53,128 bases of DNA from Pseudomonadota bacterium (lineage in GTDB: Bacteria; Pseudomonadota; Gammaproteobacteria; Burkholderiales; JABEVD01). The notes beneath the pieces were generated by a model. It ran no database searches. It was not told the DNA's origin and saw nothing but the letters and a program-made list of their open reading frames with translations. Of this stretch, positions 26,411 to 37,821 are shown in pieces; the first letter of the stretch is position 1; every line of letters starts with the position of its first letter. A program made the translations under genes and the position numbers. The stretch spans positions 1 to 53,128 of the forward strand of contig JAJZVB010000002.1 in NCBI GenBank assembly GCA_021845885.1. The letters run 5' to 3'.

Positions 26411-26519
26411 TGCTTGACGATGCTTGTTTCATCAAATGCGCCCTGAAAGGTTATACTGCAACAGTTCCGCTATAAAATCGTAGCCGAATTGAAACTTATC
26501 GCACTATTCAGGGAATCGC

Positions 26520-27119
26520 ATGGGGGACAGGAGCATAGACCAGCAGTTGGTGGAGCAGGCGCAGCGCGGAGACAAGCGCGCGTTCGGCTTGCTGGTCTCG
26601 AAGTATCAGCGCAAGCTGGCCAGGCTGCTGTCCCGTTTCATCCGGGACCCGGCTGAAGTGGAGGATGTGACGCAGGAGGCCTTCATCAAGGCTTACCGCG
26701 CGCTTCCCTCCTTCAGGGGGGACAGCGCTTTTTATACCTGGCTTTATCGGATAGGCATCAATACGGCCAAGAATTATCTGGTTGCCCAGGGGCGCCGCGC
26801 GCCGACGACGACGAGTCTGGACAACGAGGAGGCGGAAAGCTCGGAAGAAGGAGAAGGATTGTGGGAAGTCACTACCCCGGAAAACGAACTGATGAGCAAG
26901 CAGGTCGCCAAGACGGTGAACGACACTTTGCAGACGCTTCCTGAAGAGCTCAGGACCGCGATCACGCTGCGCGAAATAGAAGGTTTGAGTTACGAGGAAA
27001 TTGCGAACATCATGGATTGCCCGATCGGGACAGTACGCTCCAGGATTTTTCGCGCCAGGGAAGTGATAGCAGAGAAGTTGAGGCCGATGTTGGAACCCAG
27101 GAAAAACAAGAGGTGGTGA
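26520..27119 (+). CDS. rpoE: ECF sigma factor RpoE
   Basis: DVTQEAFIKAYRAL, AFYTWLYRIGINTAKNYL and GLSYEEIA...CPIGTVRSRIFRARE. Divergent from nadB. Confidence 0.98.
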   Translation: MGDRSIDQQLVEQAQRGDKRAFGLLVSKYQRKLARLLSRFIRDPAEVEDVTQEAFIKAYRALPSFRGDSAFYTWLYRIGINTAKNYLVAQGRRAPTTTSLDNEEAESSEEGEGLWEVTTPENELMSKQVAKTVNDTLQTLPEELRTAITLREIEGLSYEEIANIMDCPIGTVRSRIFRAREVIAEKLRPMLEPRKNKRW

Positions 27120-27120
27120 A

Positions 27121-27594
27121 ATGAGAGAGCAAATTTCGTTGCTGATGGATGGCGAGCTGGACGGCGATGCTTCCGCGCAGCTCGTATCCGGGATGAAGGA
27201 ACAGGATGACTGGCATTTGTATCACCTGATCGGCGATGCCATGCGGGATCCGGAAGGATTCAGGGCCGATCTCGATCTGGATTGCAGCCGGGCCATCAGC
27301 CTTGAGCCCACGGTGCTGGCGCCTCAAAAATCGAAGCTGCACCATGCGAAACTGTATGCCCTGTCCGCAGCGGCATCTTTTGCGGCTGTTCTTGCGGTGG
27401 GATGGGTCGTCTTGCAGAGCCCGCAGGATTCGCCGGTTCCGAAGCAGGTCGCGCAGGTCGTGCGCCTCAATGTCATCAAGTCCAAGCTGGACGACTATCT
27501 GGCTGCGCATCAGGAATTCTCTCCCGAATCGGGGGGGATTATGACTTCCAACATCAGGACGGTTTCAGACACCTATCAGGAAAACGGCAGATGA
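27121..27594 (+). CDS. rseA: Anti-sigma-E factor RseA/MucA
   Basis: EQISLLMDGEL, WHLYHLIGDAMR, one TM segment and LDDYLAAHQEF. Confidence 0.92.
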   Translation: MREQISLLMDGELDGDASAQLVSGMKEQDDWHLYHLIGDAMRDPEGFRADLDLDCSRAISLEPTVLAPQKSKLHHAKLYALSAAASFAAVLAVGWVVLQSPQDSPVPKQVAQVVRLNVIKSKLDDYLAAHQEFSPESGGIMTSNIRTVSDTYQENGR

Positions 27595-28559
27595 GACTTG
27601 TCGTTTTCCTGCTGTTGGTTGCAACCCGGGCCGCATTCGCGGCGACGCCCCTCCAGCCTCAGGATTCCATCGATTTACTGAAAAAGATTTCCGCCGCAGC
27701 CTACCAGGTGACCTATCAGGGGACCTTCATTTTCCAGCGCGACGGGCGGATCGAAAGCACGCGAATTTACCATCTGGTCGACCAGAATGGCGAGCATGAA
27801 AAGCTTGTCAGGCTGGACGGGCCTGCAAGGGAAATCATCTGCGACGACGGGCAGATGACATTCTACTATCCCGACCAGAAATCCATGACGATGGAGCGCC
27901 ATGCCGTGGCGAGAAGGGGATTCCCGGCCCTGCTGCCGGATCAGCTTCAGACCCTCTCGGACAATTACCTGCTCGAGGACGACGGTCGCGAACGCCTGGC
28001 TGGCTACGACAGCAGGATCCTGCTGCTCACTCCCAAGGACGGTTTCCGCTACGGGCACAAGCTCTGGATCGATTCCGCCACAAACCTGCTTCTCAAGGCG
28101 GCGATGATCAGCGGCGAGAACGATATCATCGAGCAGTTCGCTTTCACTTACGTGAAGATAGGCGGCAATATCGACAGAAACCTGCTCAAGCCTTCCCTGC
28201 CTGTCAAGGCGCCCCGTTTGCAAAGCGACCCCCGCCAGGACAGTTTTCAGAGCGGATGGGGCGTGGAGAATCTGCCTCCCGGATTCAGGAAAATCGCCGA
28301 AATGAAGCGCATGTTCAGGGGCAAGAACTATCCTGTCACGCATCTTGTCTATTCGGACGGCATCGTGGCCGTCTCGGTCTTCATCGAACCTTTGACGCCC
28401 GGGACGAGGCCGATGCAGGGCGTGGCCAGCCGGGGTGCGGTGAATCTTTATGTCCATCCCGCGGACCAGTACCAGATCACCGTGGTCGGCGAAACGCCGG
28501 AGATCACGGTCAGGCAGATCGGCGATTCTGTCGTTCACAATGGAAAGAGCCATGATTGA
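27591..28559 (+). CDS. rseB: RseB/MucB periplasmic regulator
   Basis: Signal peptide, YQGTFIFQ, LDGPAREII and HLVYSDGIVAVSVFIE. Confidence 0.93.
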   Translation: MRLVVFLLLVATRAAFAATPLQPQDSIDLLKKISAAAYQVTYQGTFIFQRDGRIESTRIYHLVDQNGEHEKLVRLDGPAREIICDDGQMTFYYPDQKSMTMERHAVARRGFPALLPDQLQTLSDNYLLEDDGRERLAGYDSRILLLTPKDGFRYGHKLWIDSATNLLLKAAMISGENDIIEQFAFTYVKIGGNIDRNLLKPSLPVKAPRLQSDPRQDSFQSGWGVENLPPGFRKIAEMKRMFRGKNYPVTHLVYSDGIVAVSVFIEPLTPGTRPMQGVASRGAVNLYVHPADQYQITVVGETPEITVRQIGDSVVHNGKSHD

Positions 28560-28971
28560 AACGCGCGCGAAAGTGGTCGAAACCGGAATGGGCGTCGCAT
28601 TGGTCGAGGCGGAGCAGCAGGCCGGATGCGGTCATTGCGACAGCACCAAAGGTTGCGGAAAGTCCTCCATGTCCAAGCTTTTCTGCACGAAGCCGAGAAG
28701 GTTCGAGGTGATTGACCCGATAGGCAAGAAAGTCGGAGACGAGGTCTGGATAGGCGTTCAGGACGGCGCGCTGCTCAAGAGTTCGATTGCGGTTTATGTC
28801 GTGCCGATGTCGACCTTCATGATCGGCGCTCTTCTCGGCAATGCCTATGGAGGCGATGCATTTTCCGCACTGGGCGGCCTCATCGGCCTCCTCCTCGGCT
28901 TTTATGTTTCTAGGCGCTATAGCGCTTCCAACCGGGGCAATATCCGCTTCCAGCCCTATATACTGAGATGA
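28552..28971 (+). CDS. rseC: RseC/MucC family protein
   Basis: GCGHC...GCG Cys motif, two TM segments, and position in the operon. Confidence 0.9.
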   Translation: MIETRAKVVETGMGVALVEAEQQAGCGHCDSTKGCGKSSMSKLFCTKPRRFEVIDPIGKKVGDEVWIGVQDGALLKSSIAVYVVPMSTFMIGALLGNAYGGDAFSALGGLIGLLLGFYVSRRYSASNRGNIRFQPYILR

Positions 28972-28997
28972 TCGACAAGCAAAGAGGAAACGATAAG

Positions 28998-30380
28998 ATG
29001 ACACAACGCCTTTTCTCCGCCATTTTCCTGTTCTTTTCCCTGGTTGCAGCAGCTGATGCGCAATCGAATCTTCCTGATTTCACCCAGATCGTCGAAAAGG
29101 AAGGCCCCGCCGTCGTCAACATCAGCACGACGCATATCGTGCACGATGCGGCGCCCAATGCCGCGATGCCCGGGCTTTCCCCGAACGACCCCCTCTATCA
29201 GTTCTTCAGGCGCTTCGGTCCGCAGGCGCCGAGAGATTATGAAACGGGCTCGCTGGGTTCGGGCTTCATCATCAGCCAGGACGGCTATATCCTGACCAAT
29301 GCGCATGTGGTCGATTCGGCCGACGAGGTGATCGTCAAGCTCAACGACAGGCGCCAGTTCAAGGCCAGGGTGATCGGGGTGGACAAGCGTTCCGACGTCG
29401 CGCTGCTCAAGATCAAGGCCGAAAAGCTGCCCACTGTGACGCTGGGCGATTCATCGAGGATTAAGGTGGGCGAGTGGGTGGTTGCGATCGGCTCGCCTTT
29501 CGGTTTCGACAATACGGTGACGGCGGGCATTGTCAGCGCGAAGGGACGCGCCCTGCCTCAGGAAGATTACGTGCCCTTCATCCAGACCGACGTGGCGATC
29601 AATCCGGGCAATTCCGGCGGGCCGCTTTTCGACATGGAAGGCAAGGTGGTCGGAATCAATTCGCAGATTTACAGCAGAACCGGCGGATTCATGGGGCTTT
29701 CCTTCTCCATTCCCATCAACGTGGCGATGAATGTTGTCGACCAGCTGCGCACTACAGGGCATGTGACAAGGGGCAGGATGGGCATCGTGATCCAGGACGT
29801 GAGCCGGGCGCTCGCCCAGTCATTCGGCCTTGCGGAGCCCAGGGGGGCATTGATCAGCAAGGTTGAAAAGGACGGACCGGCTGCGCAGGCCGGGCTCCAG
29901 CCTTCGGACATCATCCTGAAATTCAACGGCAAGGCCGTCATGGAATCGAAGGATCTTCCCACTGTTGTCGCCGCGACAAAGCCGGGAACGAAAGTCGATG
30001 TGCAGATCTGGCGCAAGGGCAAAACGGTCGATGTCCCCGTCGTGGTGGGCGAAATGCCCATCGACAGGACCGCCATGAACGACGCGCAGCAGAATGCCAG
30101 GAAATCGGACAGGCTGGGGCTCGATCTTGTCGAGCTGACTCCCGAACAGAAAAACCAGGTCCAGACCGATCACGGGCTCGTCGTCACCGGGGTGGGGGAA
30201 GGTCCTGCCGCCCAGGTCGGGATCATGAGGGGGGACGTGATCCTCGCGCTCAACGCGCAGAATATCGAAAGCGTCGCCCAGTTCGAAAAGCTGGTTTCGA
30301 AAATTCCCAAGGGCAAGGATGTCGCCCTGCTGGTATGGCGGGGAGGCAATTCCGTATTCATCACCATGAAAATCGACTAG
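28998..30380 (+). CDS. degP: DegP/DegQ (MucD) serine endoprotease
   Basis: Signal peptide, GSGFII, TNAHVV, DVALLK, AINPGNSGGPL and two PDZ domains. Confidence 0.93.
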   Translation: MTQRLFSAIFLFFSLVAAADAQSNLPDFTQIVEKEGPAVVNISTTHIVHDAAPNAAMPGLSPNDPLYQFFRRFGPQAPRDYETGSLGSGFIISQDGYILTNAHVVDSADEVIVKLNDRRQFKARVIGVDKRSDVALLKIKAEKLPTVTLGDSSRIKVGEWVVAIGSPFGFDNTVTAGIVSAKGRALPQEDYVPFIQTDVAINPGNSGGPLFDMEGKVVGINSQIYSRTGGFMGLSFSIPINVAMNVVDQLRTTGHVTRGRMGIVIQDVSRALAQSFGLAEPRGALISKVEKDGPAAQAGLQPSDIILKFNGKAVMESKDLPTVVAATKPGTKVDVQIWRKGKTVDVPVVVGEMPIDRTAMNDAQQNARKSDRLGLDLVELTPEQKNQVQTDHGLVVTGVGEGPAAQVGIMRGDVILALNAQNIESVAQFEKLVSKIPKGKDVALLVWRGGNSVFITMKID

Positions 30381-30416
30381 CCCACCGAAATCCGCTAAAA
30401 TTCGGCATTGACATTC

Positions 30417-30441
30417 AAAGGGCACGTCGGTGCCCTTTTTT
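30417..30441 (+). terminator. Intrinsic terminator-like hairpin directly upstream of lepA
   Basis: AAAGGGCAC-GTCG-GTGCCCTTT followed by further Ts. Confidence 0.65.
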
Positions 30442-30447
30442 CTGAAC

Positions 30448-32241
30448 ATGCAGCATATCCGCAATTTTTCTATCATCGCTCATATCGACCACGGCAAATC
30501 GACCCTGGCGGACAGGATCATTCAGCTTTGCGGCGGACTTTCCGATCGGGAGATGGAATCCCAGGTGCTCGATTCGATGGACATCGAGCGCGAGCGCGGT
30601 ATCACCATCAAGGCGCAGACCGCGGCCCTGAAATATGTTGCCAGAAACGGCGAGGCCTATTTTTTGAACCTGATCGACACGCCAGGCCATGTCGACTTCT
30701 CCTACGAGGTATCCCGTTCCCTTGCGGCATGCGAAGGCGCGCTGCTCGTGGTCGATGCGTCCCAGGGGGTGGAAGCGCAGACTGTGGCGAATTGCTACAC
30801 TGCACTGGATCAGGGCGTTGAAGTGCTTCCCGTGCTCAACAAGATCGACCTGCCTGCGGCCGAGCCGGAAAGGGTGATCAAGGAAATCGAGGATATCATC
30901 GGCATAGACGCGCACGATGCGGTCAGGGCCAGCGCGAAAACCGGGCTCGGGGTCGAAGACGTGCTGGAAGAGATCGTGGCGAAGATTCCGCCGCCCAAAG
31001 GCGAGCTCGATGCGCCCCTGAAAGCGCTCATCATCGATTCCTGGTTCGACAATTACGTCGGCGTGGTGATGCTGGTGCGCGTGGTCGACGGCGTCATGAA
31101 GCCCAAGGACAAGCTGCTTCTGATGTCGAACGGGCTTTCCTACCTTTGCGAGGAAGTCGGCGTGTTCACACCGAAATCATTGGCCAGGGAAGCGCTTTCC
31201 GCAGGGGAAGTGGGCTACGTGATCGCCGGAATCAAGGAGCTCAAGTCGGCCAAGGTCGGGGACACCATCACGCTCTCGTCCAGAGCGGCGAAAGCGCCCC
31301 TTCCGGGCTTCAAGGAAATCCAGCCCCAGGTTTTCGCCGGGCTCTATCCTGTCGAGCCCAACGAATACGATGCGCTCCGGGATGCGCTCGAAAAGCTGAA
31401 GCTGAATGACGCATCGCTCCAGTATGAGGCTGAAACTTCGCAGGCTCTGGGCTTCGGCTTCCGTTGCGGCTTTTTGGGTCTTCTCCACATGGAAATCGTC
31501 CAGGAGAGGCTCGAGCGCGAATACGACATGGATCTGATCACGACCGCGCCCACGGTCGTCTATCAGGTGGTGACCAAGGACGGGGCGGTTGCCGAGATCG
31601 AGAATCCTTCCAGGATGCCCGATCCTTCGAAGATCGAGGAAATCAGGGAGCCCATCATCAATGCCACCATCCTCGTTCCCCAGGAGCATGTCGGGTCCGT
31701 GATGACGCTTTGCGTTCAGAAGCGCGGCGTGCAGCGCAACATGCAGTACATGGGCAGGCAGGTGATGCTCAACTACGACATGCCCCTGAACGAGGTGGTG
31801 ATGGATTTCTTCGACAAGCTGAAATCCGTGAGCCGCGGCTACGCCTCGCTCGATTACGAATTCAAGGAATATCAGGCATCCGACCTCGTCAAGCTCGACA
31901 TCATGATCAACGGCGAAAAGGTCGATGCGCTTTCATTGATCGTGCACCGCTCCAACAGCCAGTACAAGGGCAGGCAGCTCGCCGAGAAGATGCGGGAGCT
32001 GATTCCCAGGCAGATGTTCGACGTCGCGGTACAGGCCGCGATAGGATCGAACATCATCGCCAGGGAAACCATCAAGGCCCTGAGAAAGAACGTCCTGGCG
32101 AAATGCTACGGCGGCGACATATCGAGAAAGCGGAAGCTTCTTGAAAAGCAGAAGGCGGGAAAGAAGCGCATGAAGCAGGTGGGCAGCGTCGAGATCCCCC
32201 AGGAAGCCTTCCTGGCCGTGCTGCAGATCGACAATAAATGA
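30448..32241 (+). CDS. lepA: Translation elongation factor 4 (LepA)
   Basis: [32 protein letters not shown] and [18 protein letters not shown]. Confidence 0.99.
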   Translation: MQHIRNFSIIAHIDHGKSTLADRIIQLCGGLSDREMESQVLDSMDIERERGITIKAQTAALKYVARNGEAYFLNLIDTPGHVDFSYEVSRSLAACEGALLVVDASQGVEAQTVANCYTALDQGVEVLPVLNKIDLPAAEPERVIKEIEDIIGIDAHDAVRASAKTGLGVEDVLEEIVAKIPPPKGELDAPLKALIIDSWFDNYVGVVMLVRVVDGVMKPKDKLLLMSNGLSYLCEEVGVFTPKSLAREALSAGEVGYVIAGIKELKSAKVGDTITLSSRAAKAPLPGFKEIQPQVFAGLYPVEPNEYDALRDALEKLKLNDASLQYEAETSQALGFGFRCGFLGLLHMEIVQERLEREYDMDLITTAPTVVYQVVTKDGAVAEIENPSRMPDPSKIEEIREPIINATILVPQEHVGSVMTLCVQKRGVQRNMQYMGRQVMLNYDMPLNEVVMDFFDKLKSVSRGYASLDYEFKEYQASDLVKLDIMINGEKVDALSLIVHRSNSQYKGRQLAEKMRELIPRQMFDVAVQAAIGSNIIARETIKALRKNVLAKCYGGDISRKRKLLEKQKAGKKRMKQVGSVEIPQEAFLAVLQIDNK

Positions 32242-32254
32242 TTCGGGGAGAAAC

Positions 32255-33058
32255 ATGGATTTTGCTTTGATCATGGTGATCCTGCTCGTTGTGACGGGCG
32301 GAATCTGGCTTCTTGACAGCCTTTTTTTCAGGAAGAAAAGGCCGGAAGGGGAGAAGGAACCCTGGTGGGTGGAATATCCCAAAAGCTTCTTCCCTGTGAT
32401 CCTCGCCGTCTTCATGCTGCGCTCCTTCCTCTTCGAGCCCTTCAAGATCCCTTCCGGCTCGATGATCCCGACGCTGCTCGTCGGCGATTTCATCCTCGTC
32501 AACAAGTATACCTACGGCATCAGGATACCCGTCATCGACAAAAAGATCGTCGACATCAACGAGCCCGGGCGGGGCGACGTGATGGTTTTCCGCTACCCGT
32601 ACGACCCCTCCGTGGATTACATCAAGCGCGTGGTGGGATTGCCCGGAGACACCATCACCTACCGGGAAAAGCACCTTTACGTGAACGGCACGCCCGTTTC
32701 CCAGGAACCCGACGGGAAATACAGTTACGTCGAAGGCGGATTGAGCTACGTGCAATTGAGCCGGATGAAGGAAGACCTGGGCGGCCATGTCCACGACATC
32801 CTGATCAATCCCGACCAGCCGAATGCCCATCTCGAAGGGGTCCGGGATTTTCCGCACAGGGAGAACTGCACTTACAGCGAGCATGAATTCACTTGCGTCG
32901 TGCCGAAGGGCAATTACTTCATGCTGGGGGACAACCGCGACGGCAGCAGCGACGGGCGCTACTGGGGCTTCGTTCCGGAACGCAATATCGTCGGAAAAGC
33001 TTTTCTGATCTGGTGGAATTTCAGCGACCTGAAACGGATCGGGACGCTGATCAATTGA
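32255..33058 (+). CDS. lepB: Signal peptidase I
   Basis: EPFKIPSGSMIPTL, DYIKRVVGLPGD and GDNRDGSSDGRYWG. Confidence 0.98.
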   Translation: MDFALIMVILLVVTGGIWLLDSLFFRKKRPEGEKEPWWVEYPKSFFPVILAVFMLRSFLFEPFKIPSGSMIPTLLVGDFILVNKYTYGIRIPVIDKKIVDINEPGRGDVMVFRYPYDPSVDYIKRVVGLPGDTITYREKHLYVNGTPVSQEPDGKYSYVEGGLSYVQLSRMKEDLGGHVHDILINPDQPNAHLEGVRDFPHRENCTYSEHEFTCVVPKGNYFMLGDNRDGSSDGRYWGFVPERNIVGKAFLIWWNFSDLKRIGTLIN

Positions 33059-33067
33059 GGAGGGGCG

Positions 33068-33427
33068 ATGGGCAGGCAGGAAGGATTCAGCTTTTCGGGT
33101 TTCCTGACGGCGGCGGTTTTTGTCATGATTGCTGCGGTCGTCGTTTTCAAGCTCATCCCCCCCTATCTGGAATACCGTGCAATCAGGCAGGACATGAAGG
33201 AAGTCGTCGACAATCCCGATCTCGCGAACGCTTCGGGTCCTGAAATCCGCGACGCCTTTGCCAAGAAGGCCCTGGTCGACGGCATCAAATCGATCAGCGC
33301 TGAGGATCTCAAAATCGAAAGAAACCCTTTCGGGCTGCACGTCAAGTACGAGGCCAAGGTGCCGCTTGTCGCCAATCTCGGGGCTTATTTCGACTTCGAT
33401 ATCGAAGCGGTCAAGGGCGAAAAATAA
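33068..33427 (+). CDS. DUF4845-like protein
   Basis: Prepilin-like start RQEGFSFSG plus a TM segment and PPYLEY. Conserved position between lepB and rnc. Confidence 0.8.
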   Translation: MGRQEGFSFSGFLTAAVFVMIAAVVVFKLIPPYLEYRAIRQDMKEVVDNPDLANASGPEIRDAFAKKALVDGIKSISAEDLKIERNPFGLHVKYEAKVPLVANLGAYFDFDIEAVKGEK

Positions 33428-34092
33428 TGGAAGGATTGTCGAGGAGGATGGGCTATTCGTTTGCGGATAGCGGGCTCCTGAAACAGGCGCTGACCCACAG
33501 AAGCCATGGCAGCCCCAACAACGAGCGGCTTGAATTCCTGGGCGACAGCGTTTTGAATTGCGTGGTCGCGGACAGGCTTTTCAGGGCTTTCCCCAAGCTT
33601 TCCGAAGGGGAGTTGTCCAGGCTCAGGGCGAATCTCGTCAACCAGCAGAGCCTTTGCGAACTTGCGCTGAAGCTGGATATCGGAAGCTGCCTCCTGCTCG
33701 GAGAGGGGGAAATCAGGAGCAGCGGAAACAGGCGGCCCTCGATACTGGCCGATGCGATGGAAGCCGTTTTCGGCGCAATATTCCTCGACGGCGGATTCGA
33801 TTCGGCATCAAAGGTCATAGGCAGTCTTTACGAAAAGGCGATCGGCGAAATAGACCTCAATGCGCAAATCAAGGATCCCAAGACGAGGCTGCAGGAATAT
33901 CTTCAGGGGAAAAAAATCGCATTGCCGAGATACCATGTCATGGAGACCTCGGGAGAGGCGCACAGGCAGCGCTTTCTCGTGGAATGCAGCATTCCCGAGC
34001 TCGAGATCCGGTCCAAGGGCGAAGGCGTGAGCCGGCGATCCGCAGAACAGTCCGCAGCGCTCGAGGCTTTCAGAATCGCGACAGGTTCATGA
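33427..34092 (+). CDS. rnc: Ribonuclease III
   Basis: [24 protein letters not shown] and a dsRBD (DPKTRLQE). Confidence 0.98.
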   Translation: MEGLSRRMGYSFADSGLLKQALTHRSHGSPNNERLEFLGDSVLNCVVADRLFRAFPKLSEGELSRLRANLVNQQSLCELALKLDIGSCLLLGEGEIRSSGNRRPSILADAMEAVFGAIFLDGGFDSASKVIGSLYEKAIGEIDLNAQIKDPKTRLQEYLQGKKIALPRYHVMETSGEAHRQRFLVECSIPELEIRSKGEGVSRRSAEQSAALEAFRIATGS

Positions 34093-34970
34093 GGGCGGGC
34101 TATGTTGCCATCGTGGGCAGGCCTAACGTGGGAAAATCGACCCTGCTCAACCATCTCGTCGGGCAGAAAATCAGCATCACGTCACACAGGCCACAGACGA
34201 CCCGGCACCGCATCACGGGCATATTGACGACGGAGGCATCCCAGTTCGTTTTCGTCGACACCCCGGGCTTCCAGGCGAGGCATGTGAATGCGCTCAACCG
34301 GGCGATGAACCGGAGCGTGAAGCGCAGCCTCCATGACGTCGATGTCGTGCTTTTCGTGATCGAAGCCATGCATTTCGATTCCAGGGATGAAATCGTCCTG
34401 GAATTGCTTCCCGAGGACAGGCCGGTCTTCCTCGTCGTCAACAAGGTAGACAGGCTTGCCGAGAAATCGATTCTTCTCCCCTTCATCGAGAAGGTTTCGG
34501 TGAAGTTCCCCTTCGCGGCCATCATTCCTGTGAGCGCCGAAAAGAACGTCCAGCTCGACGAGCTCGTGAAAACGGTCGAACCTTTCCTTCCCGAAGGGGA
34601 AGCGCTTTTCGGGGAGGACGAAATCACCGCAAGGAGCGAGCGCTTTCTCGCCTCCGAGCTCGTGCGGGAAAAGCTTTTCCGCCTCCTGGGCGAGGAAATT
34701 CCGTATTCAACCGCGGTCGAGATCGAGCAGTTCAAGATGGAAGGCGAAATAAGGCGCATCCATGCCCTGATCCTCGTCGACAAGCCGAACCAGAAGGCCA
34801 TCGTGATCGGGAAGAACGGGGAGAAGCTGAAAGCCATCGCAAGCCGGGCGAGAAGCGATATGGAGAGGCTTTTCGGGGGAAAGGTATTCCTCGAGGTCTG
34901 GGTGAAGGTGAAATCGGGCTGGTCGGACGACGAGCGCGTGATCAAGAGCCTTGGCTATGAGGAAGACTGA
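34089..34970 (+). CDS. era: GTPase Era
   Basis: [22 protein letters not shown] and a KH domain (VIGKNG). Start overlaps the rnc stop. Confidence 0.98.
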   Translation: MRAGYVAIVGRPNVGKSTLLNHLVGQKISITSHRPQTTRHRITGILTTEASQFVFVDTPGFQARHVNALNRAMNRSVKRSLHDVDVVLFVIEAMHFDSRDEIVLELLPEDRPVFLVVNKVDRLAEKSILLPFIEKVSVKFPFAAIIPVSAEKNVQLDELVKTVEPFLPEGEALFGEDEITARSERFLASELVREKLFRLLGEEIPYSTAVEIEQFKMEGEIRRIHALILVDKPNQKAIVIGKNGEKLKAIASRARSDMERLFGGKVFLEVWVKVKSGWSDDERVIKSLGYEED

Positions 34971-35679
34971 AAGGTTGGATTCGCAGGAGGCGTTCATCCT
35001 GCACACCTATCCCTTCAGGGAAACGAGCCTGGTCGTCGAGGTTTTCAGCCGGCTGCACGGCAGGGTTGCGCTCGTCGCGAAAGGGGCGAGAAGGCCGATG
35101 TCGGCTTTCAGGGGGCTTTTGCTTTCCTTCCAGCCGCTCTCCCTGAGCTGGTACGGCAAATCCGAGCTCAGGACCCTGCACAGGGCCGAATGGCAGGGCG
35201 GGAAGCCGAGATTGCAGGGCATGGCGCTGATCTGCGGACTCTATTTGAACGAGCTCCTGATGAGGTTTCTACCCAGGGACGATCCGCACGAAACACTCTT
35301 TTCCCATTACGGCGAAACGCTTTGTGCAATGGGGGAGAGGGGGAACCTCCCTGCCATATTGAGGAATTTCGAAGTCGATCTGCTGAGGGAGCTCGGCTAC
35401 GGACCCGTTCTCGAATTCGAGGCGGGATCAGGGAAACCTTTGCATCCGGAAAGGGTTTATACTTACGAACTGGAGCGCGGGCCTGTATGCGGTGCGGGGG
35501 ATTTCCGCCATTCCGTCAGGCTCCTGGGCAAGACGCTGCTCGACATGGCTTCCGGAAATTATTCGGATCCGGTCACCCAGCAGCAGAGCAAGGCCCTGAT
35601 GCGCATGTTGATCAATCATCATCTGGGCGCGCAGCCTCTCCACACGCGGCGCCTGCTTCAGGATTTGCAATCGCTATGA
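34957..35679 (+). CDS. recO: DNA repair protein RecO
   Basis: [28 protein letters not shown] and YLNELL. Confidence 0.96.
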   Translation: MRKTERLDSQEAFILHTYPFRETSLVVEVFSRLHGRVALVAKGARRPMSAFRGLLLSFQPLSLSWYGKSELRTLHRAEWQGGKPRLQGMALICGLYLNELLMRFLPRDDPHETLFSHYGETLCAMGERGNLPAILRNFEVDLLRELGYGPVLEFEAGSGKPLHPERVYTYELERGPVCGAGDFRHSVRLLGKTLLDMASGNYSDPVTQQQSKALMRMLINHHLGAQPLHTRRLLQDLQSL

Positions 35680-36395
35680 TTCAGCTCGGTTTCAACATAG
35701 ACCACATCGCGACGGTGAGACAGGCCAGGGGAACGATTTATCCCAGCCCCATCCATGCCGCGCTGCTTGCGGAAAGTTCCGGCGCAGACTCGATCACGCT
35801 GCATCTCAGGGAGGACAGGCGGCACATACAGGACAGGGACGTCGAAATATTGCGCGAGATTCTCCAGACCAGGATGAATCTCGAATCGGCCGTGACGCGG
35901 GAGATGATCGACTTCGCATCGAGAATCAAACCCCAGGACATTTGTCTCGTTCCCGAGCGGCGCGAGGAGTTGACCACGGAAGGCGGGCTCGACGTCGTCC
36001 AGCATTTCGGCAGGATCCATGACGCCTGCATCAGGCTGAATGATGCGGGAATCAGGGTTTCGCTTTTCATCGATGCGCAAACCGCCCAGATCGAGGCGGC
36101 AGCGAAAGCGGGGGCGTCCGTCATCGAGATCCATACCGGGCATTACGCCAACTGCAACGGAAAAGATCGGGAAGAGGAACTCGTTCGCATAGAAAATGCC
36201 GTGGAGGATGCGAGATCGCTCGGCCTCAAAGTCAATGCCGGGCATGGCCTCGATTACCACAACGTGCAGAAAATCGCCGCGATAGCCGGCATAGAAGAGC
36301 TCAACATCGGCCACGCCATCGTCGCCCGCGCGCTTTTCATCGGCCTTCCGGATGCGATCAAAACCATGAAGAAACTGATGTGGGAAGCCCGATGA
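35676..36395 (+). CDS. pdxJ: Pyridoxine 5'-phosphate synthase
   Basis: [43 protein letters not shown] and ELNIGH. Confidence 0.98.
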   Translation: MIQLGFNIDHIATVRQARGTIYPSPIHAALLAESSGADSITLHLREDRRHIQDRDVEILREILQTRMNLESAVTREMIDFASRIKPQDICLVPERREELTTEGGLDVVQHFGRIHDACIRLNDAGIRVSLFIDAQTAQIEAAAKAGASVIEIHTGHYANCNGKDREEELVRIENAVEDARSLGLKVNAGHGLDYHNVQKIAAIAGIEELNIGHAIVARALFIGLPDAIKTMKKLMWEAR

Positions 36396-36769
36396 TCTAC
36401 GGCATAGGCACCGACATCGTCGAAATAGAACGCATTTCCATGCTCTCCGAGCGCTATGGCGGCCGGTTCCCCGAAAGGATATTGACTCTGGAGGAGAAGC
36501 AGGCATTCGATTCGAGTTCGAGCCCCGTCCATTTCCTCGCCAAGCGCTTCGCCGCCAAGGAGGCGCTCTCCAAGGCCATAGGCACGGGCCTCCGCCATCC
36601 CGTTTCCTTCGGCAACATCACGGTCGTGAACGACCCTTTGGGCAAGCCCGGATTCAGGTTTCATCAGGAACTCTCGGCTTACCTCGAACAATTCGGCATA
36701 TCGAAACACCACCTGAGCCTGAGCGACGACAGAACGGTCGCCTGCGCTTTCGTGGTACTGGAAAGGTGA
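36392..36769 (+). CDS. acpS: Holo-ACP synthase
   Basis: [24 protein letters not shown] and SLSDD. Confidence 0.97.
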   Translation: MIYGIGTDIVEIERISMLSERYGGRFPERILTLEEKQAFDSSSSPVHFLAKRFAAKEALSKAIGTGLRHPVSFGNITVVNDPLGKPGFRFHQELSAYLEQFGISKHHLSLSDDRTVACAFVVLER

Positions 36770-37821
36770 AAAAAATGGCGCTCGGCCCCGTCATGCTGGA
36801 CATGGAAGGATGCGAACTGACCTTGGATGACAGAAGGAGATTGCTGCATCCCAATGTCGGCGGGGTGATCCTCTTTTCCAGGAATTTCGATTCGGTGGGA
36901 CAGGTCGGGGAACTCTGCTCGTCCATCCATGCGCTCAGAAATCCCCCTCTCCTGATCGCAGTCGACCACGAAGGGGGGAGGGTGCAGCGCTTCAGGGAAG
37001 GCTATACCCGCATCCCGCCCATGCGTGAATTCGGCAAAATATGGGATACGCATCCGACAAGGGCGAAACAGCTTTGCAGGATGGCCGGATATGTGATTTC
37101 ATCCGAGCTGCGCGCAAGCGGCGTCGATTTCAGCTTCACCCCGGTTCTCGACATCGATTTCGGGAGAAGCGGCGTGATCGGCGACCGCGCCTTCCACAAC
37201 GATCCCGATGCCATCGCGATGCTCGCGCAAAGCCTGATTCTGGGGCTCAAGGAAGGGGGGATGGCTAGCGTGGGCAAGCATTTTCCAGGGCACGGGCATG
37301 TCGAGGCGGATTCGCATGTCGCCGTTCCGATCGACGAAAGGAGCCTGGACGAGATCATGGAGAACGATCTCGTTCCGTTCAGGAAAATGATCGATGCCGG
37401 GCTCGCTGCGGTGATGCCGGCCCATGTGATCTATCCCGAGGTCGATGCGCTTCCCGCCGGCTTTTCGAGTCTATGGCTGAAGCAGGTGCTGCGCGGTGAG
37501 CTCGGCTTCGAGGGCGTGATTTTCAGCGACGACCTCAGCATGGAAGGGGCAAGAGTCGGAGGGGGGATCAATGAGCGGGCAAAGGCTGCCCTTCATGCGG
37601 GATGCGACATGGTGCTCGTCTGCAACGCTCCCGATTCCGCGGATGAGCTTCTCGAAGGATTAAACTGGGAAATGCCGGCGCTATCCATGATGAGGCTCGC
37701 CAGGATGCACGGGCGGCCCCATCCCAGGACCTGGGCCCAGCTCAGGGAGGATCCGCATTACCTCGATTGCGTGCATCAGGTGGCGAACGTCGGGGTGAAG
37801 GACGGGGAGCTGGCATTGTAA
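36766..37821 (+). CDS. nagZ: Beta-N-acetylhexosaminidase NagZ
   Basis: VDHEGGRVQRF, KHFPGHGHVEADSH and SDDLSM. Start is GTG 36766 or ATG 36775. Confidence 0.97.
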   Translation: MKKMALGPVMLDMEGCELTLDDRRRLLHPNVGGVILFSRNFDSVGQVGELCSSIHALRNPPLLIAVDHEGGRVQRFREGYTRIPPMREFGKIWDTHPTRAKQLCRMAGYVISSELRASGVDFSFTPVLDIDFGRSGVIGDRAFHNDPDAIAMLAQSLILGLKEGGMASVGKHFPGHGHVEADSHVAVPIDERSLDEIMENDLVPFRKMIDAGLAAVMPAHVIYPEVDALPAGFSSLWLKQVLRGELGFEGVIFSDDLSMEGARVGGGINERAKAALHAGCDMVLVCNAPDSADELLEGLNWEMPALSMMRLARMHGRPHPRTWAQLREDPHYLDCVHQVANVGVKDGELAL

